The translations under genes and the position numbers were made by a program. Below the pieces are notes generated by a model. The model was not told the origin of the DNA. It saw only the letters and a list, made by a program, of their open reading frames with translations, and searched no databases. Positions 13,083 to 26,583 of a stretch of 64,000 nucleotides of DNA are shown one piece after another. The stretch is taken from positions 88,288,001 to 88,352,000 of the forward strand of contig OX597818.1 in the NCBI GenBank assembly GCA_951406725.2, read 5' to 3'. The stretch is from Octopus vulgaris. Its lineage: Eukaryota. Position 1 is the stretch's first letter. Each line of letters begins with the position of its first letter.

Positions 13083-14050
13083 ATATGTTTTGACTTTTGC
13101 TTTGTATTTGCAGAAGTTGACTCCAAGTCTCACACAGAAATCTCAAGAGACAACAAGTTAGAAGTTCGAGTTAGTGTTATATCTAAGGTGTCATATATTT
13201 GGTTTTGCCCATATTATTGTTCGAGAGAATTTTTTAAGAAAACATAAGAAAATTATAAGTTTGTTTTAAAATTTTAGATTACATTATGTTATGTAGGATA
13301 CGAGCAGTTCCCATGAGCACTATTTTTCTGTATTTCAGCCATTTTTGTGTCTCCTGGTGTCTGAGCTGGGCAGGAATCAACTCTTTTTGTCATCATTCCT
13401 AGAGCATCTATGACAACAGGTATTGTTTTAGTCTTTGAGGTTCCACATTCTGCCAAATTCTATTTCAAGATCTTTATACTTGCTCAGCTTTTTGGTAGGC
13501 CTTGTCAGATACATTTATGTCGATTGGGACAGTCATATCGATGAGGAGGCATGATTTTTGTCTGAAGTCTATCAATATAAGTCTGACCTATTTGCATCTA
13601 TCTTACTGTCAGTTTAAATGCTGAAGTTCCAGAGGATTGAGGTGTGATCATTTTCAAGCACTGGAGGTGGTTTGTGTTTCCACCAGTTTTTATCATGGGA
13701 CAGGTCCAGGTTTTCTTTCAAATTACCCACTGAATATATTGTGCACCTCTATCATGCCTGCACAAGGAGACAACATGATCTATGTTTTCATTTTGTTGTT
13801 TACATATACGGCATGTTGGGCTACTGCCGTTCTTTAACATGTTGGCCTGGTAGTTCCTTGTAAGTATGCATTGATCTTGGGCTGCTATGGTAAACACTTC
13901 TGGTTCTGATTTTAAGCCAGAATACACTAACTATTGATGGGTAAGGGCTTTGTCAACATCGGCATTATTAGCTCTCTTTGGGAATTTGCCTTTGAGGTTT
14001 TTCTTGCCATTTATCTGTAAGGTAACAGTTTTAGCACGCGTTTTCATAGG
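13083..14050 (-). pseudogene. Dong/R4-like LINE 3' fragment (CCHC finger, PD-(D/E)xK endonuclease, 3' UTR)
   Basis: SGLKSEPEVFTIAAQDQC...TCRICKQQNENIDHVVSLC, then ANRSD...CLLIDMTVP...KYKDLEIE...PVVIDALG; (TAA)n-type tracts on both sides. Confidence 0.88.
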
Positions 14051-14098
14051 TTATTATAATCATGATCATGATCATCATGATCATCATCATCATCATCA

Positions 14099-14134
<36 letters not shown>

Positions 14135-14358
14135 GTAGTAGTAGTAGTAGTAGCAGCAGCAGTTATAGTGTTGGTTGTTTTGATGATGGTGGTTGTGGTA
14201 ATAGTGATTGTAGTGGTGGTGGTGCTGGCAATAATGGTGGTTGTTTGGTGGTGGTGGTGGTAGTGGTGGTAGCAGTGATTGTGTAATGATGAGGGTAATA
14301 AGGGTAGTAGTAGAAATAGTGGTAGTGATGCAGTGATGGTGGAGGTAATGGTAGTAGT

Positions 14359-14416
<58 letters not shown>

Positions 14417-14778
14417 GTGGTGGTGGTGGTAGTGGTAGTTGTGGTAGTTGTAGTGCAAAACTTTCTTTTTCGCTTCGGTTTCTCAGACACTAGTTGCTCT
14501 TTCCCAGAAAGCTTTCAGACAATGGCACTCTGTTGTCATATGTTACTACAAAATATTCCCTCTACTATCTCCCTACCCACACTTTAATCGTCGTAATCAG
14601 CAAACGTTAAATTAACAACAACAACAACAACAACAACAACAGCAACGATGACGATAATGATGACGGCGACGATGCTCTGAACGGCGATGGCGACCACGGT
14701 AATGATGATGGTGATGATGATGATGATGATGATGATGTTGAGAATAATGACGACGACGACGGTGAAGATGATGATGAA

Positions 14779-14841
<63 letters not shown>

Positions 14842-15113
14842 GATGACGATGGAGAGCGACGACGAGCATGGCGACGCCGAGATAAATTTATTTCAGTGAC
14901 AGATTTTATTGAATTCTTTTGCAACCGCATCATTATCATCACTGTCGCCGTCATCGTCGTCATCATCATCATCATCATCATCATCATCACTGTTATCGTC
15001 GTCTTCGTCGTCATCAACTTCATCGTCACCACCGTCATCATCATACTCGTCATGGCCATTATGTTTATTATCATTATTATTATCATTATTATTACTGTTG
15101 TTATTATTATTAC

Positions 15114-15197
<84 letters not shown>

Positions 15198-15205
15198 CAT
15201 TATTA

Positions 15206-15236
<31 letters not shown>

Positions 15237-15319
15237 TATTATTATTATCATCATCATTATTATTATTATTATTATTATTGTTATTATTATTATTGGTATT
15301 ATCATTACTATTCTTGTTG

Positions 15320-15360
<41 letters not shown>

Positions 15361-15643
15361 ATTATTATTTGTTATTAATCACTAAGGAAGCTTTTTTTAA
15401 TAAAAGAAATGGTAAGACTGACAACTGCAACAATATCACAAAAAAGAATGATGCAAACACCACCCCACCCCACCCCGCCATTACTACTACTACTACTACT
15501 ACTAATACTACAATATCTACCAGAATGTGAAGAATAATAGTTATGTGAGGATGATAAAATAGCGAAAATAATAATAATAGTAATAATTATAAAAACAATA
15601 ACAACAAAACTACTATTGCTAATAATAATAATAATAATAATAA

Positions 15644-15696
<53 letters not shown>

Positions 15697-15701
15697 ATGA
15701 A

Positions 15702-15777
<76 letters not shown>

Positions 15778-15850
15778 GCAAAAGTAATAATAATAATAAT
15801 AATAATAATAATAGCAAAAGTAATAACAATGGTAATAGTAATAATAATGG
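14050..15850. repeat. Compound trinucleotide tracts (ATC, ATT, GTA, GAT, AAT)
   Basis: Direct reading. Confidence 0.93.
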
Positions 15851-16475
15851 CGTTCTAAACTGAGTCACAAAACGAGGTAGATTCACAAAGAGAAAGAAAG
15901 AAAGAAAGATATTAAGTTAAACTTAGATGTGTAGAAATCAAAGCATTTTAACATGAGAAACCATAAAAATACATGGAGCAGATGAAATTGATAAAATGTA
16001 ACGTATACAAATGAATGAGAAAAATTTTCGAAGACTACTATAGGCAAGTGATATTAAATACTGGAAGCTAATACTAGAAACAAGATAATAGTTATAAATG
16101 CACCAGTTATTCCAGTAATAAACGTTAGATTCAATATAATAAATTGAAAATTTAGCGAATTGAAAACTTTAGACAGGAAAACCAGAATGCTATTAGTTTC
16201 ACATAGAATTGCTATCCCAAGATGGTGCATTCATAGAATGTATATTGCTACATAGTGTGAGAAGAATATGGCTGCGTGGAAAGTGAAAGTAATTATAAAG
16301 TAACTATAGTAAAGGTAGGCTAATTAGCATAATAAAGGAAAGCGAAGAAAAGTAAAAACTGAAGGTGTTTTATTCTGCTTCTCTTTCTTGACTGTGTGCT
16401 TAAACGTGTCTATCTACACGCACAAGCATAAAACTAAGTCGATAGATGTATGTGTGAATATATATATATGTATAT

Positions 16476-16968
16476 GTTATGTAAAATTCGTTCTGTTTGT
16501 CTGTGTGTGTGTCTTCTAGGATCTCAGGCATCCTCCATCCGATTGCGCTGAAATTTGATATGTAGATAACGACGGTATCAGGGCGTGTATAAGTCTTGAA
16601 AAAATTACAAAAATCGATTCCAGGTGAGAATGCGATCGATAAAGCCGTGGTAACGTGCATTTGTACGCGCAAGTACATCAGCTGTTGCGATCGATACTAC
16701 GCGTACGCGAGAAAAATTCACGTGCAGTTTGCACAAAAAAAGCCGGCTGGCTTGAAATAATGCCACAAAATGCAGTATATTTAAGAGACCAAAAAAGTAA
16801 GGTGCAAAAGAGATATTTTCTTCAAACTTGGCATGAAGGAAGGAAAGACTATTTGGTTTCTCAAGAAGGTTTTTTTTTTGCCTTAACTTCGTTTATTGAA
16901 ATAAAGGCATGCTTAATTAATTTTTAATGAAAAGAAAACACTGATTGCTTTTTATTCAGCAGATATGA
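16476..16968 (+). mobile_element. Probable non-autonomous Helitron-like 5' region
   Basis: tatgtaaaattcgttctgtttgtctgtgtg...ccgattgcgctgaaatttgatatg resembles typical Helitron-N leaders; no 3' hairpin seen. Confidence 0.4.
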
Positions 16969-16969
16969 T

Positions 16970-17185
16970 TCAGCACCGTCCGCGTGTGTACCGTTGGCGA
17001 TTTTTTTCCCTCTGTCTTCCCTTCTTTGGATCTTTCCTTCTCCTAAGTTTCCGACGAAGAGCTCCGCTCGAAACGTTAAACCCTCCTTCTTTCCTTCTTT
17101 CCTGAGCGTCCAATAGAACTATATTTGTTCCACGTCCTCGCGTTGTTGTGTTTTCTCTTTGTGTTTTCATGTTTGGATTAACTTT
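16970..17185 (+). mobile_element. Penelope-like pLTR fragment
   Basis: Contains a hammerhead motif and ends at (TA)n; its 3' end recurs inverted at ~26163-26220. Confidence 0.6.
17047..17081 (+). ncRNA. Minimal type-I hammerhead ribozyme motif (U4C variant)
   Basis: gttt-CCGACGA-a-gagc(tcc)gctc-GAAA-cg-TT-aaac: stems I and II pair; palindromic stem III ACGT. Confidence 0.7.
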
Positions 17186-17240
17186 ATATATATATATATA
17201 TATATACATATATATGTATATATATATATACATATATATA

Positions 17241-17946
17241 CAGTTTCGGCCAAAATGTTCAGAAGGGCATTGTTTTCGTCAAAAAAGTAGATATAAGTTT
17301 TTATTAAAGTTGTTTTATATTCTATAATTTTCACAGACAATAAATACAATATTATTTGTTATTGTCTGAGATTTTGGTGTAATTTGAGAGGATAATAAAA
17401 AAGTTATGGATGATTTAGTGACTTACTGCAAAACCCATGCCGGCCAAAATGATCAGAACGGTTGCTTTTACTCCATGTTTTAGTATATTTAACCGTCGAA
17501 CTCTAATGTTTTGAATTTGTTTACGTGACAGTTCGTTTACTAAACATTAGTAAGAATATCTGCAGTGTACTTTGTCAATAAATACGATATTAATTGGTAT
17601 TGTCTGAGATTTTGGTTTAATTTGAGAGGATAATACAAAAGTTATGGATGATATAGTGATTTACTGCAAAACCCATGGTGGCCAAAATGATGAGAACGGT
17701 TGAAAAAATAACAAAATAATCAAAAAGTGACAGAGAATGCTGGACGGCATGGGTTTTGCAGTAAATCACTAAATCATCCATAACTTTTTTATTATCCTCT
17801 CAAATTACACCAAAATCTCAGACAATAACAAATAATATTGTATTTATTGTCTGTGAAAATTATAGAATATAAAACAACTTTAATAAAAACTTATAACTAC
17901 TTTTCTGACGAAAACAACGCCGTTCTGAACGTTTTGGCCGCAACTG
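17241..17946. mobile_element. Tc1-type IR/DR MITE with ~200-bp TIRs
   Basis: TA-CAGTT...AACTG-TA; 17241-17442 is inverted to 17744-17946; ggccaaaatg(t/a)t(c/g)agaa motif at 17248, 17442, 17680 and inverted at the right end. Confidence 0.9.
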
Positions 17947-18031
17947 TATATAAATGCATATATATATATATATACATATATATGTACAAATACATACATG
18001 TATATATCTATGTACATAGCTACATACGCAC

Positions 18032-18097
<66 letters not shown>

Positions 18098-18106
18098 GTT
18101 TGTATG

Positions 18107-18148
<42 letters not shown>

Positions 18149-18150
<2 letters not shown>

Positions 18151-19280
18151 ATATGAGTAGGTCAATCCGTAAACAGCTGCTTTGACCTACTTTGATGGCT
18201 TGTAGTCTGGAAGTCTACAATCTAAAGTTATTGTCCTTTGTTCTGTCAGATTCACGAAAGAGTAATGAGCTTTGAGGGGACCTTTGGCCTTGTGCCGGTC
18301 AAGGAAGGGTCAAGGAAGCTACCCTATAAAAAGGCAGGAACTGTGAGCCTGTTGATCAGTTCGGCCGGAGAAATTGAGGTGGTAACAAGGCAAATGGGAT
18401 TACGGAGGAGGCGGTCAGTTGAGAAAGACAGACAGACAATCTCAGAGATGACAGGCGAGAGAGTGACAGTGACAGCGTAGAGGAAGACAGACAGATGGTA
18501 TTACAGAACTAGGAGAGAGAGACTACGGTGTAAGGCATTGGCGGTATGTGTTGATTGTTGTATTGATGTTGAAATGTAAAAAGAATTGATGTGCTGGAAA
18601 AGAGATCATAAAGGACATTGTGAATTAAGTAAAAGACTTGTTGAAAAGAAAGAATAGTGCTAAAGAGATTATAAAGAACAATGTGAATTGTGTTGATACG
18701 TGATGTGAAAAAAGAAGGAGAAAGACTTTGAACTGTATCGTGAATTGTTGTGATTTGAACATTGTATAATGTATTGAACTGTTGTCTCTGAACTGTTTAA
18801 ATGCTTTGATTTGTTGTATACCTGATGTATCTTGATTTATTTGATGTTGTAATAATTGTTATAAACCCTTGTTAAATGTAGCAATTGCCTTCTGCCGTCT
18901 CTCTTTGTGTCTCCTCTTCCTACTGTTGTTGTTGTCGTTATCTCTCCGGTCGCCGGTTGCCGGGTTCGCTGCTGCCATTCTTCCCCACCGAATTCTCTCT
19001 TTCCGTGGCGAATTCCCCGTTCGATCGAGCCGGTCAATCGTCGTCGCTCGACTTGGTAGGGTCCCGGGTTTTTCCCGAAGAGTTTGAGCGACGGCAGGTT
19101 CGCAACAATATTTACATACATATATGTATATAGCTATGGTATATTCTGTTAAGAACGTAGTAAAGCACAGTATAAAGCTCGTCCGCATTCGGAATTCACC
19201 CTGTGCTATCCGGTAGTAGTTTTATACGTACTTCCAGGTTTATGTTTGGGCTTCCGTCGTGTGCGAATAGATAACTTTTC

Positions 19281-19282
<2 letters not shown>
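18149..19282. mobile_element. Unclassified insert in (TA)n, LTR-like
   Basis: Complex sequence bounded by TG...CA between two (TA)n tracts; TATAAAA at ~18325; no convincing TSD or ORF. Confidence 0.4.
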
Positions 19283-19340
<58 letters not shown>

Positions 19341-19418
19341 TCTATCTATCTATCTCTCTCTCACTCTCTCTCTCTCTCTATATATATATATACATACAGG
19401 TAGATATATATATATATA

Positions 19419-19507
<89 letters not shown>

Positions 19508-19513
<6 letters not shown>

Positions 19514-20585
19514 AATATAAAATAGAACATATGCATATATATAAACATATATGTACGTACCTACCTCTACATGTACATATACACGCATATATGTGTACAG
19601 GACACCAAAAAACGTCGAACACATAGAGAGACGAAAAACATAGACACAAACCAAGGAACAGGACGAGCAAAAAAGAAAAAAAGAGATACAGGACAATAAG
19701 CACAACGAAAAATCCCCTTCTTCAGTCGCTAAGGTTTCATCTACTCTACGTTTCGAAGGATAAAAGCGAGACGTATACTTCGAAGAAACTTCCTTCCTGC
19801 GAAAAGCAAATCAATTAAAATTCTGAGATCTTTTCGCAGAGGGGTAAAAAATGGTAAAAAAAGCAAGACAGTAACGACAGTACAAACATATAAACAGTAA
19901 AAAAAAAAAAAATTATATATAAACAGTTGAAAAATAAATATATAACAGTGAGAGACAGGACAAGGAGAACAAGATAAGAAGGGCTGTTTACGCCAGACGA
20001 AAAAAGTAATGCAAACGCTGGATTATAGTGGACGACGAGAGAGAAAGAATGTCGACCAGTGGCCTTAGAAGGCGGGCGAGAAAAGACAGGATAGCAGTTA
20101 CGACGGAAGTATCGTCGCAGATGGACGACGGGAATGGGGGAGGAGGAGCAAGAGGAAGAGAGAGAAGAAGGGGAATGGTGCGAGGAGACCATGAAGAATG
20201 GTGAGGGGGAGAGAGAGAATGAAGAATGAGAGAGAGAGGAAGAGACAAGTTAAGTGAGGGAAAAAGGACGAAAAAGGGAATGGGGAGAGAAAGAAAGAAA
20301 GATGCAGAGTCGCGTGAGAGTTAATATCAAGGCTAACTTGATAAACAGAACAATCTTACTTAATAGGGTGCGTGCGTTTAGTCGTATAATATGTTAATAA
20401 AATAGAACATATGCATATATATAAACATATATGTACGTACCTACCTCTACATGTACATATACACGCATATATGTGTACAGGACACCAAAAAGACGTCGAA
20501 CACATAGAGAGACGAAAAACATAGACACAAACCAAGGAACAGGACAAGCAAAAAAGAAAAAAAGAGATACAGGACAATAAGCACA
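19508..20585 (-). mobile_element. ORF-less element with ~195-bp terminal direct repeats (Penelope-like pLTR architecture)
   Basis: 19508-19704 is nearly identical to 20388-20585; related copy at 48385-48600; flanked by (TA)n; strand inferred from hammerhead-like pieces. Confidence 0.65.
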
Positions 20586-20596
20586 TATATATATAC

Positions 20597-20977
20597 TCTT
20601 TTACTCTTTACTCTTTTACTTGTTTTAGTCATTTGACTGCGGCCATGCTGGAGCACCGCCTTATTCTTTTGTAAGCCCAGTACTTATTCTATCGGTCTCT
20701 TTTGCCGAACCGCTAAGTAACGGGGACATAAACACACCAGCATCGGTTGTCAAGCAATGCTAGGGGGACAAACACAGACACACAAACACACACACGCATA
20801 TATATATACATATATACGACGGGCGTCTTTCAGTTTCCGTCTACCAAATCCACTCACAAGGCTTTGGTCGGCCCGAGGCTATAGTAGAAGACACTTGCCC
20901 AAGGCGCCACGCAGTGGGACTGAACCCGGAACCATGTGGTTGGTAAACAAGCTACTTACCACACAGCCACTCCTACG

Positions 20978-20980
<3 letters not shown>
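20597..20980 (-). mobile_element. SINE family A
   Basis: Near-complete reverse-strand copy. Confidence 0.9.
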
Positions 20981-21044
<64 letters not shown>

Positions 21045-21778
21045 CTGTGTGTGTTTGTGTGTGTATATATATGTATGTATTTTATTAAAAGAAATTCCAA
21101 CTCTGATTTTCACGTTTTATTTACAATCTTATAATAATATAATATAAGATAGTATGATATAATGAAATGATAGAATAATAAATGTTCATTCTGATTGAAC
21201 TAGAACTTTCATGCATTAAACTATGCAATCTTCAGTTTCATATAGTAGTGGTGACCGTTGCGTTTTACAATTTACAACTGTAGTCAGATGGCTAAAACGT
21301 GTACATTTGTATAGGCTCCAGAGTGTTAAGTTTTGCAAACTATATTCTCTCCAGTCAGTGTGTGGCTTAACTAAATTACTTAAATTGATTGGTGTTTCGT
21401 TTAGGCGTCACGGTTTGTTAATCATATCAAGAGACATGTATTTTGACCCTTGCCAAAACATTAATCGTTTGGTTATTTTTAGAAATGTTGTAAACAACAT
21501 TTACCAGAGATTTTTGCTTCAATTATCATCACCATTATCTTCACCTTTATTATTGTTGTCGTTGTTGTTGTTTATTTTGTTGTTGTTGTTGGTGGTCGTG
21601 GTCATAGATGTAGCTCTGGTAATAAATCTTTAAACCCAAAATAAGATTATTTTTGTTGGTTTTTCTCTTGACTTCGCAAGTATTTTCCTGCTACCGTCAT
21701 CATGAGAATCTTTAGTATTGTTATTATTGTTAGTGGTAGCGATCGTAGTAGTAGAAATAGTACTTCTAAGTATTATTA

Positions 21779-22130
21779 TTATTGTTTATTTAACTTGGGT
21801 TGGAATTTATCAATAAATTTCTTTTCCTTGATTTTTCTCTCGATTTCACTTGGACGGTGTAGTTTGTGGAATGGAAATAATATAAATATTTTCCGACCAC
21901 ATGTTGCTAGATGGTTGCTCAAAGGTATCTGACGGATATCTTGATCTCTAATTTGCTGTCGGTGCACACGTGAACGTTCTGGTAGTGCATTTCCGGTCTC
22001 ACATATAACTCTTCACAATTCGGACATTTGATGCAGTAAATTAAATTCCTGCTTTTGCAGTTCATATTTGTGTTTGTGAATATTTTCCCGGTTTTTGTGC
22101 CTATATATTGGCCAGTATATATACATACCA
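21779..22130 (-). pseudogene. Penelope-like element GIY-YIG endonuclease fragment
   Basis: NCKSRNLIYCIKCPNCEELYV / frameshift / HRQQIRD...PLSNHLATC...ERKIKEKKFIDKFQPKLN. Confidence 0.88.
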
Positions 22131-22189
22131 ATGTGTGTGCGTGTGCGTGTTTGTGTGTGTCTCTGTGCATATATCGATATATATATATG

Positions 22190-22631
22190 AATGTATGTAT
22201 GTATGTATGTATGTATGTATGTATGTATGTATGTATGTATGTATGTATGTATGTATGTGTGTGTGTATGTATGTATGTATGTATGTATGTATGCATGCAT
22301 GTATGCATGTATGTATGTATGTATATGTATGTATGTAAATGTTAATGCAATGGAAACAATTGTTGGATTTTTAAGGTGCGATCTAAGATATATATATAAA
22401 TTCATAAGTTCGAAATTTGTAGAAAAATTTGCAAGTGGGCAGTTTAGCTTAAAGGTAAAGCACTATGACAGGTTATCACACAGACGTGAGTTCGAGTTTC
22501 ATGGCTGGCCGCTAACAAATTTTCTGGAATATAAGGATGTTCTCTCCTACTTTTGCTATTCAACATTATTATTATGCGTTTGAGAATAAAATATTTTCAT
22601 ATATATATATATATACACACATACACATATA

Positions 22632-22688
<57 letters not shown>

Positions 22689-22754
22689 ACATATACATTT
22701 ATATATTTATAAATATATATATATATATATATACACATATATATATACACACAC

Positions 22755-22785
<31 letters not shown>

Positions 22786-22980
22786 CACACACATATATCT
22801 ATATATACACACACACATATATTCTCCCTTTTTTCTCTCCTTGTTTCTTTCTGTGTTCCTTTCTGTGTATATATATGCATATGCATATATATATATACAC
22901 ACATACACATGAATGTATATATACATATATATATATATGTGTATATAGATATGGAATTATATATGTATATATGGATGTAT

Positions 22981-23023
<43 letters not shown>

Positions 23024-23085
23024 TATAGAGATATATACATAAAACATACATACATAGGGACATACTAACATACAGAGAAACAAAC

Positions 23086-23148
<63 letters not shown>

Positions 23149-23429
23149 CAGACAGAGATGTAGATACACTACCGCACACACCCATACACATACACACGGT
23201 CTTTCAGATATACATACTACTTTTACAGGCATTCAATGAAAGAAATAGATTGAGAATGAAGGTTAAATAATACACAATGAGGAGAATATATAAATAAGTA
23301 AAAGCTGGATAGCATAAACCATTTACAAAGACGAGGAAATAAAAAAAAGAAATGAGGTACGTTAAAGCACTCTAACAAATGAATTAAAGAGAAAATGATT
23401 TTCATACTTGTCATGAAAAATCTAGACAG

Positions 23430-23472
<43 letters not shown>

Positions 23473-23535
23473 CTATCTATCTTATATATATATATGTGCG
23501 TGTGTGTATGTGTGTGTGTGTGATGTCATCACACT

Positions 23536-23588
<53 letters not shown>

Positions 23589-23650
23589 ATCTATCTATAT
23601 ATCTATCTATCTATCTGTCTGTCTGTCTATCAGTCTATCTATCTATCTAA

Positions 23651-23700
<50 letters not shown>

Positions 23701-23790
23701 GCATATATATTCACATAGAAACATATATATATATACATATATTTATACACATATATATGTATGTGTATATGTGTGTATTATATATATATA

Positions 23791-23837
<47 letters not shown>

Positions 23838-23860
23838 CATATATATATATATACACTCAC

Positions 23861-23905
<45 letters not shown>

Positions 23906-24532
23906 TATATATACAACTACGACTGTAATCGCTCATAGTATGGTTTCTAAAATCATACTTATGTATCATTATTTCCATCTCAGGATATCTCAGAATAAAT
24001 TTTACACACGGCATTATCATATGTAAAACATACTATATAACGTATATATAAAGATGTTTCTGTGTGATGCTGACATCATAAGAAATAAAGAGCGCAGCTA
24101 CAGACAAAAAAAATGTAACTATACTCTGGCTACTGGACAATTATGGTGTTCGTTTATGCTCCAGAATGTGGTGTTCTGTATGCTTTATGCAAATATAAAT
24201 ATAACGCTATTCTCACTGTGTAGGCGTACTCTCATAAGATAACTTCTGAATATATCCATAGTATACATACTGGAGTCTCGTATAATTCTTGGTCTAAAGC
24301 TCAGAATGTTTATTAATTTTTTTATTATTTATATTTATTAATTTTTTTTTCTTTTGCAGTGTGTTGTTGTCTTTTTTTTTTTGTGTATGAAACATAAATG
24401 TATGTCAGTCTCGTTGTCAGGTTTCTATAACAGATGACATTACACGTTTCATTCGGAATAACATTACAGCAAATACTGTATTATCGTTATTTTGGTTTAT
24501 ATCCGAGAATGGTTTGGTTTTCTGTATCTTCT

Positions 24533-24566
<34 letters not shown>

Positions 24567-24687
24567 TGTGTGTGTATATGTACACACACCCATGCACACA
24601 CACACACGCATATATATACGCATATATGTATATACAAATACATACATATATAGACACACGCATGCACACAAACCACACACATTATAT

Positions 24688-24742
<55 letters not shown>

Positions 24743-24748
24743 TATAAG

Positions 24749-24820
<72 letters not shown>

Positions 24821-25125
24821 CAGATATAAGTATATATATATATATATATATTTATACATATATATATATATATATGTATATGTATATAAGTATATATGTG
24901 TGTATGTATATATATCTATACGTTATAAAATAGGTTGGTGTCATTGTGCAGATTACACTTCAATGAAGATTATATGCACCTGTAATTCAGTTACAGACAT
25001 TGAACCATCATAATCTTAGTTTATATCGTAGACTGTACTTACTACTGGATTATAAATAATATATATAAACTTGTATGCGTGTATGTGTATATATGTCTGT
25101 GTGTGTGCTTGTGTGTGTGTATGAT
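22190..25125. repeat. Dense (TATG)n/(TA)n/(CA)n/(GATA)n microsatellite field
   Basis: Direct reading; short unique spacers in between. Confidence 0.9.
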
Positions 25126-25296
25126 TTAGAATCATTCTAAAAGTGAAATGATAGCAGATGGGTCAGACACCACAATCAGAGTGAAATTGATCATACTGTG
25201 GATTGAACTAGCATAATTTTTATTAAGGGCTCCTGGGGATCTATTCTTAATCACAGATCTTTTAATCTAGTCACTAGTAGGGGTATTTTTACTATA

Positions 25297-25752
<456 letters not shown>

Positions 25753-26250
25753 TTAAACAGCTTGAAAATTCGAATACAGCAACACTCTAACCACTTAACT
25801 TATGCTATTCCATCCTGCATGTATACTTGATAGTAGAATGGTCGTTAGCTCAAGTAATTTAGTGCAAAGTATTTAATCAATTAAGAAACATTACTCATTA
25901 ATAACAAGAACAGTCATTGTTTAAATTATTTATTCTGACGGCAACAATAGAAATTTCTTAAACAAGCTCTTCCAGTAACAGAAAGCTAAAATTCTTTATC
26001 CAACAAAAACTGGCTGATGCTAAATAAACCATTCTTTGAAGCAATATCTTGTGTATTTGAAAGAAATGATATAAGAAATATATATTATTGCTGAGGCTGT
26101 TATTGTCGCTGATATATATATATATATATATATATCAAAACATATATATGTATAAATATATAAGGTTAATCCAAACGGGAAAACAGAAAAAACAACAACA
26201 CGTGGAACAATTACAGTATTTATGTATTCATATATATATATATATATATA

Positions 26251-26583
26251 TTACGGAGATGTACTCGCATAGCAAGTAATTTGATCTGAGATCGTGTGTG
26301 AAACGAAAACAATTGCAGCGTGGAAGGTGTTTATAAGTCATTTAAGAAACACACAAAAGCCGTTCGATTCACTTCAACATTTAAGTTTAATTTGTCAAAA
26401 TATTTTCGTTGCTAAAATCCGCGACCTGTTCACTGTAGATGCAGCACGGACTTTGTCAGTGAACAGGTCGCAGATTATAGCGACGAAAATATTTTGACAA
26501 ATTAAACTTAAATGTTGAAGTGAATCGAACGGCTTTTGTGTGTTTCTTAAATGGCTTATAAACACCTTCCACGCTGCAATTGT
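26251..26583. mobile_element. Fold-back hammerhead element, family H1 (inverted pLTR pair)
   Basis: Arms 26309-26435 and 26457-26583 are near-perfectly inverted; ~58-bp extension on one arm; (TA)n on both sides. Confidence 0.85.
26452..26501 (+). ncRNA. Minimal type-I hammerhead motif with G3:C8 core
   Basis: tttgtca-GTGAACA-g-gtcgc(agattata)gcgac-GAAA-atat-TT-tgacaaa: 7-bp stem I, 5-bp stem II, palindromic stem III. Confidence 0.72.
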
